Under the pieces are notes generated by a model. It was not told the origin of the DNA. It worked only from the letters and a program-made list of their open reading frames with translations, and searched no databases. From a virus (Duplodnaviria; Caudoviricetes), in IMG/VR virus record IMGVR_UViG_3300037458_000735, positions 1-27,950 of that record: a DNA stretch of 27,950 nucleotides. The stretch is one strand, 5' to 3'. Below, piece by piece: positions 26,759 to 27,950 of this stretch (positions within the stretch are counted from its first letter, which is position 1; each line of letters opens with the position of its first letter). The translations under genes were made by a program, and so were the position numbers.

Positions 26759-26977
26759 CTAAAGCTCGTCTCCAAGCGAGATCTGAACCTTTACTCCGCG
26801 GTCCGTGGCGTCCTCATCCAGGCACCATGTCACCGACAGCACGGGGCGCAGAATGTCCCGGAAGACGCAGTTATCGCCTTGCCGCGGAACATGGTATAGC
26901 CGGCGCAAGGCATGCATGCGCGGCTCCCCGTCAACGTAGAATTCCACCTTTGCCGTCCGATCCAGATCAGTGTACAT
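26759..26977 (-). CDS. Hypothetical protein (72 aa), cassette B
   Basis: Strong RBS GAGGTG before the ATG. The ORF fills the space between attC1 and attC2. Confidence 0.75.
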   Translation of the reverse strand: MYTDLDRTAKVEFYVDGEPRMHALRRLYHVPRQGDNCVFRDILRPVLSVTWCLDEDATDRGVKVQISLGDEL

Positions 26978-26980
26978 TGC

Positions 26981-27082
26981 TCACCTCAACAAAAATTGCC
27001 TAACATCAGCCTCAACCGCGACCCGCGTTACGGGCGCCGGTGCAGTCGGGAGGGGATCTGTGGGCGCGGGCGCGTTAGGCAT
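26981..27082 (-). CDS. 33-aa leader ORF traversing attC2
   Basis: MPNAPAPTDPLPTAPAPVTRVAVEADVRQFLLR starts 4 nt after the upstream TAA and stops 3 nt before the next ATG. Confidence 0.4.
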   Translation of the reverse strand: MPNAPAPTDPLPTAPAPVTRVAVEADVRQFLLR

Positions 27083-27092
27083 GACGTTAGGC
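26998..27092 (+). mobile_element. attC-like site 2 (95 bp)
   Basis: R'' GCCTAAC ... R' GTTAGGC. GCCT[C]AAC[C]GCG[A]CCCGCG pairs perfectly with CGCGGGCGCGTTAGGC, leaving three extra bases. Confidence 0.9.
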
Positions 27093-27341
27093 CCCTATCC
27101 TGGCGGGGCATGTCTGAAAAACCGCCAGTGGCGGGACCATCATCACCGATCTCATCGGATCGTTGGGTGGCGCCAGGCGGCGCGCACATCGCTTGCACTC
27201 AGGCATCCAGTCTCCGCACTGCTGCATGCCTGCGCACCTCGCTACATCGTCCGGAAGCCTAACATCAGCCTCAACCGCGACCCGCGCCACGGTGTCGGCG
27301 ATTTGCTGTACGGTCACAGGTGGCGCGGGCGCTTTAGGCAT
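27087..27341 (-). CDS. Cys-rich small phage protein (84 aa), cassette C
   Basis: LPDDVARCAG..C....C..C....CP core. The ATG is inside attC3, just before the stop of the upstream gene, and the TAA lies in the R' box of attC2. Confidence 0.65.
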   Translation of the reverse strand: MPKAPAPPVTVQQIADTVARVAVEADVRLPDDVARCAGMQQCGDWMPECKRCARRLAPPNDPMRSVMMVPPLAVFQTCPARIGA

Positions 27342-27351
27342 GACGTTCGGT
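27257..27351 (+). mobile_element. attC-like site 3 (95 bp)
   Basis: R'' GCCTAAC ... R' GTTCGGT. The first 30 nt are identical to attC2. The 20-bp arm has one mismatch and the same three extra bases. Confidence 0.88.
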
Positions 27352-27561
27352 TGCCTTGGCCGCAAATTCACCTAGCAGCCTGCCCCATGCCAGCAGCCCG
27401 CGCTTACGGTTCCCGCCGTTGATTTTCACCAGCAACGCAACCTGCTGGTATTCAGGCCACAGAGCCTTTTCAGAGAGCCAGTCTCCGCTAGGCATCCGCA
27501 CCACGCCGTTCATGTGCACGCGAATCTGTCCGCGCTTTAACCTTTGCGTTAGCTCCAACAA
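27334..27561 (-). CDS. Hypothetical protein (75 aa)
   Basis: AGGAG RBS before a TTG start. The stop codon lies inside the right arm of attC3. Confidence 0.6.
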   Translation of the reverse strand: MLELTQRLKRGQIRVHMNGVVRMPSGDWLSEKALWPEYQQVALLVKINGGNRKRGLLAWGRLLGEFAAKATERHA

Positions 27562-27806
27562 ATGCGGTCTCCTACAAATGGCAAACCGTGCACCGCGATG
27601 AACCAGCTACGCATGTGCACGGCATCACGGAATCCGTCACGCACTGCCTCATCGTCGTCGCTGAAGTCCTCACTGATTTCGATCCTTGTGACGCTCTCGC
27701 AGATCGCTTGCCGGATCTCACGCTGCTTGCTCCGGTACGGTGCCCCGACCCAAACGCGCAGCGACAGACGTTGGCCTGGCCTGATCTGGTTGCGGCGCGG
27801 CGGCGA
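27549..27806 (-). pseudogene. ASCH/PUA-like gene lacking its 5' end
   Basis: Translated by hand: SPPRRNQIRPGQRLSLRVWVGAPYRSKQREIRQAICESVTRIEI...AVRDGFRDAVHMRSWFIAVHGLPFVGDRICWS. An in-frame TGA at 27807-27809 precedes it and there is no start codon at its 5' end. Confidence 0.6.
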
Positions 27807-27948
27807 TCAGGTCGGCATCGGCCTTGGCGCTGGCGTTCGAGGGGTGCGGCTCTGGCTCCTGGTCGTCTGTGTCTGAACGCTTCCAGCCGATCCAATCTGG
27901 CAGCTTGCTTGGGTGCAGCAACCAGAGATGGCGCATGTTGGCGTCGTT
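27718..27948 (-). CDS. C-terminal part of a hypothetical phage protein, 5' end beyond the window
   Basis: The frame is open from the window edge (NDANMRHLWLL...WIGWKR). Its tail runs out of frame into the ASCH remnant. Confidence 0.5.
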   Translation of the reverse strand, partial: NDANMRHLWLLHPSKLPDWIGWKRSDTDDQEPEPHPSNASAKADADLIAAAPQPDQARPTSVAARLGRGTVPEQAA

Positions 27949-27950
27949 GA

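Noticed and set aside
26663-27351. CRISPR array or intrinsic terminators
   Set aside because: The units are about 95-bp bulged palindromes separated by gene-sized segments, with no cas genes and no T-tails.
26717-27422. + strand ORFs (26717-26899, 26912-27262, 26970-27422) as canonical cassette genes
   Set aside because: They lack clear RBSs and recognisable motifs, and they start inside or run across attC sites. The - strand ORFs have RBSs or coupled starts and fit the cassette boundaries.
27519-27553. Additional attC right arm (CGCGCTTTAACCTTTGCGTTAGCT)
   Set aside because: It resembles the end of attC1, but I found no complementary left arm or R'' box upstream, and it lies inside the 75-aa ORF.

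Overview
The window is entirely temperate-phage DNA, GC-rich and probably from a proteobacterial host. The + strand carries, in order: the end of a replication gene, an inverted-iteron origin candidate, a Q-like antiterminator with a pR'/tR'-like promoter and terminator, and a lambda-like cos. It continues with terminase, an M15 endolysin, gpW, a DUF3310 gene, a lambda-type portal and S49 protease, a P22-coat-like capsid, holin-like genes, a non-contractile tail with tape measure, and a B3-like tail tip. A 48-bp 3' tRNA-Glu(TTC) fragment with phage DNA on both sides (attP-like) follows. The - strand then carries an early operon with a truncated ORF6N gene, a tyrosine integrase, xis, an orphan MTase and small genes. 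The most striking feature is an array of integron attC-like sites at 26.0-27.85 kb. It has three intact 94-95 bp sites with three extrahelical bases each, one short terminal site and one probable half site. Matching R'/R'' boxes delimit gene cassettes. The genes run opposite to the canonical attC direction, and their start codons, N-termini and coupling mini-ORFs lie inside the attC hairpins. The neighbouring integrase is a phage-type Int, not an IntI. All family calls come from motif recognition by eye; no searches were run.
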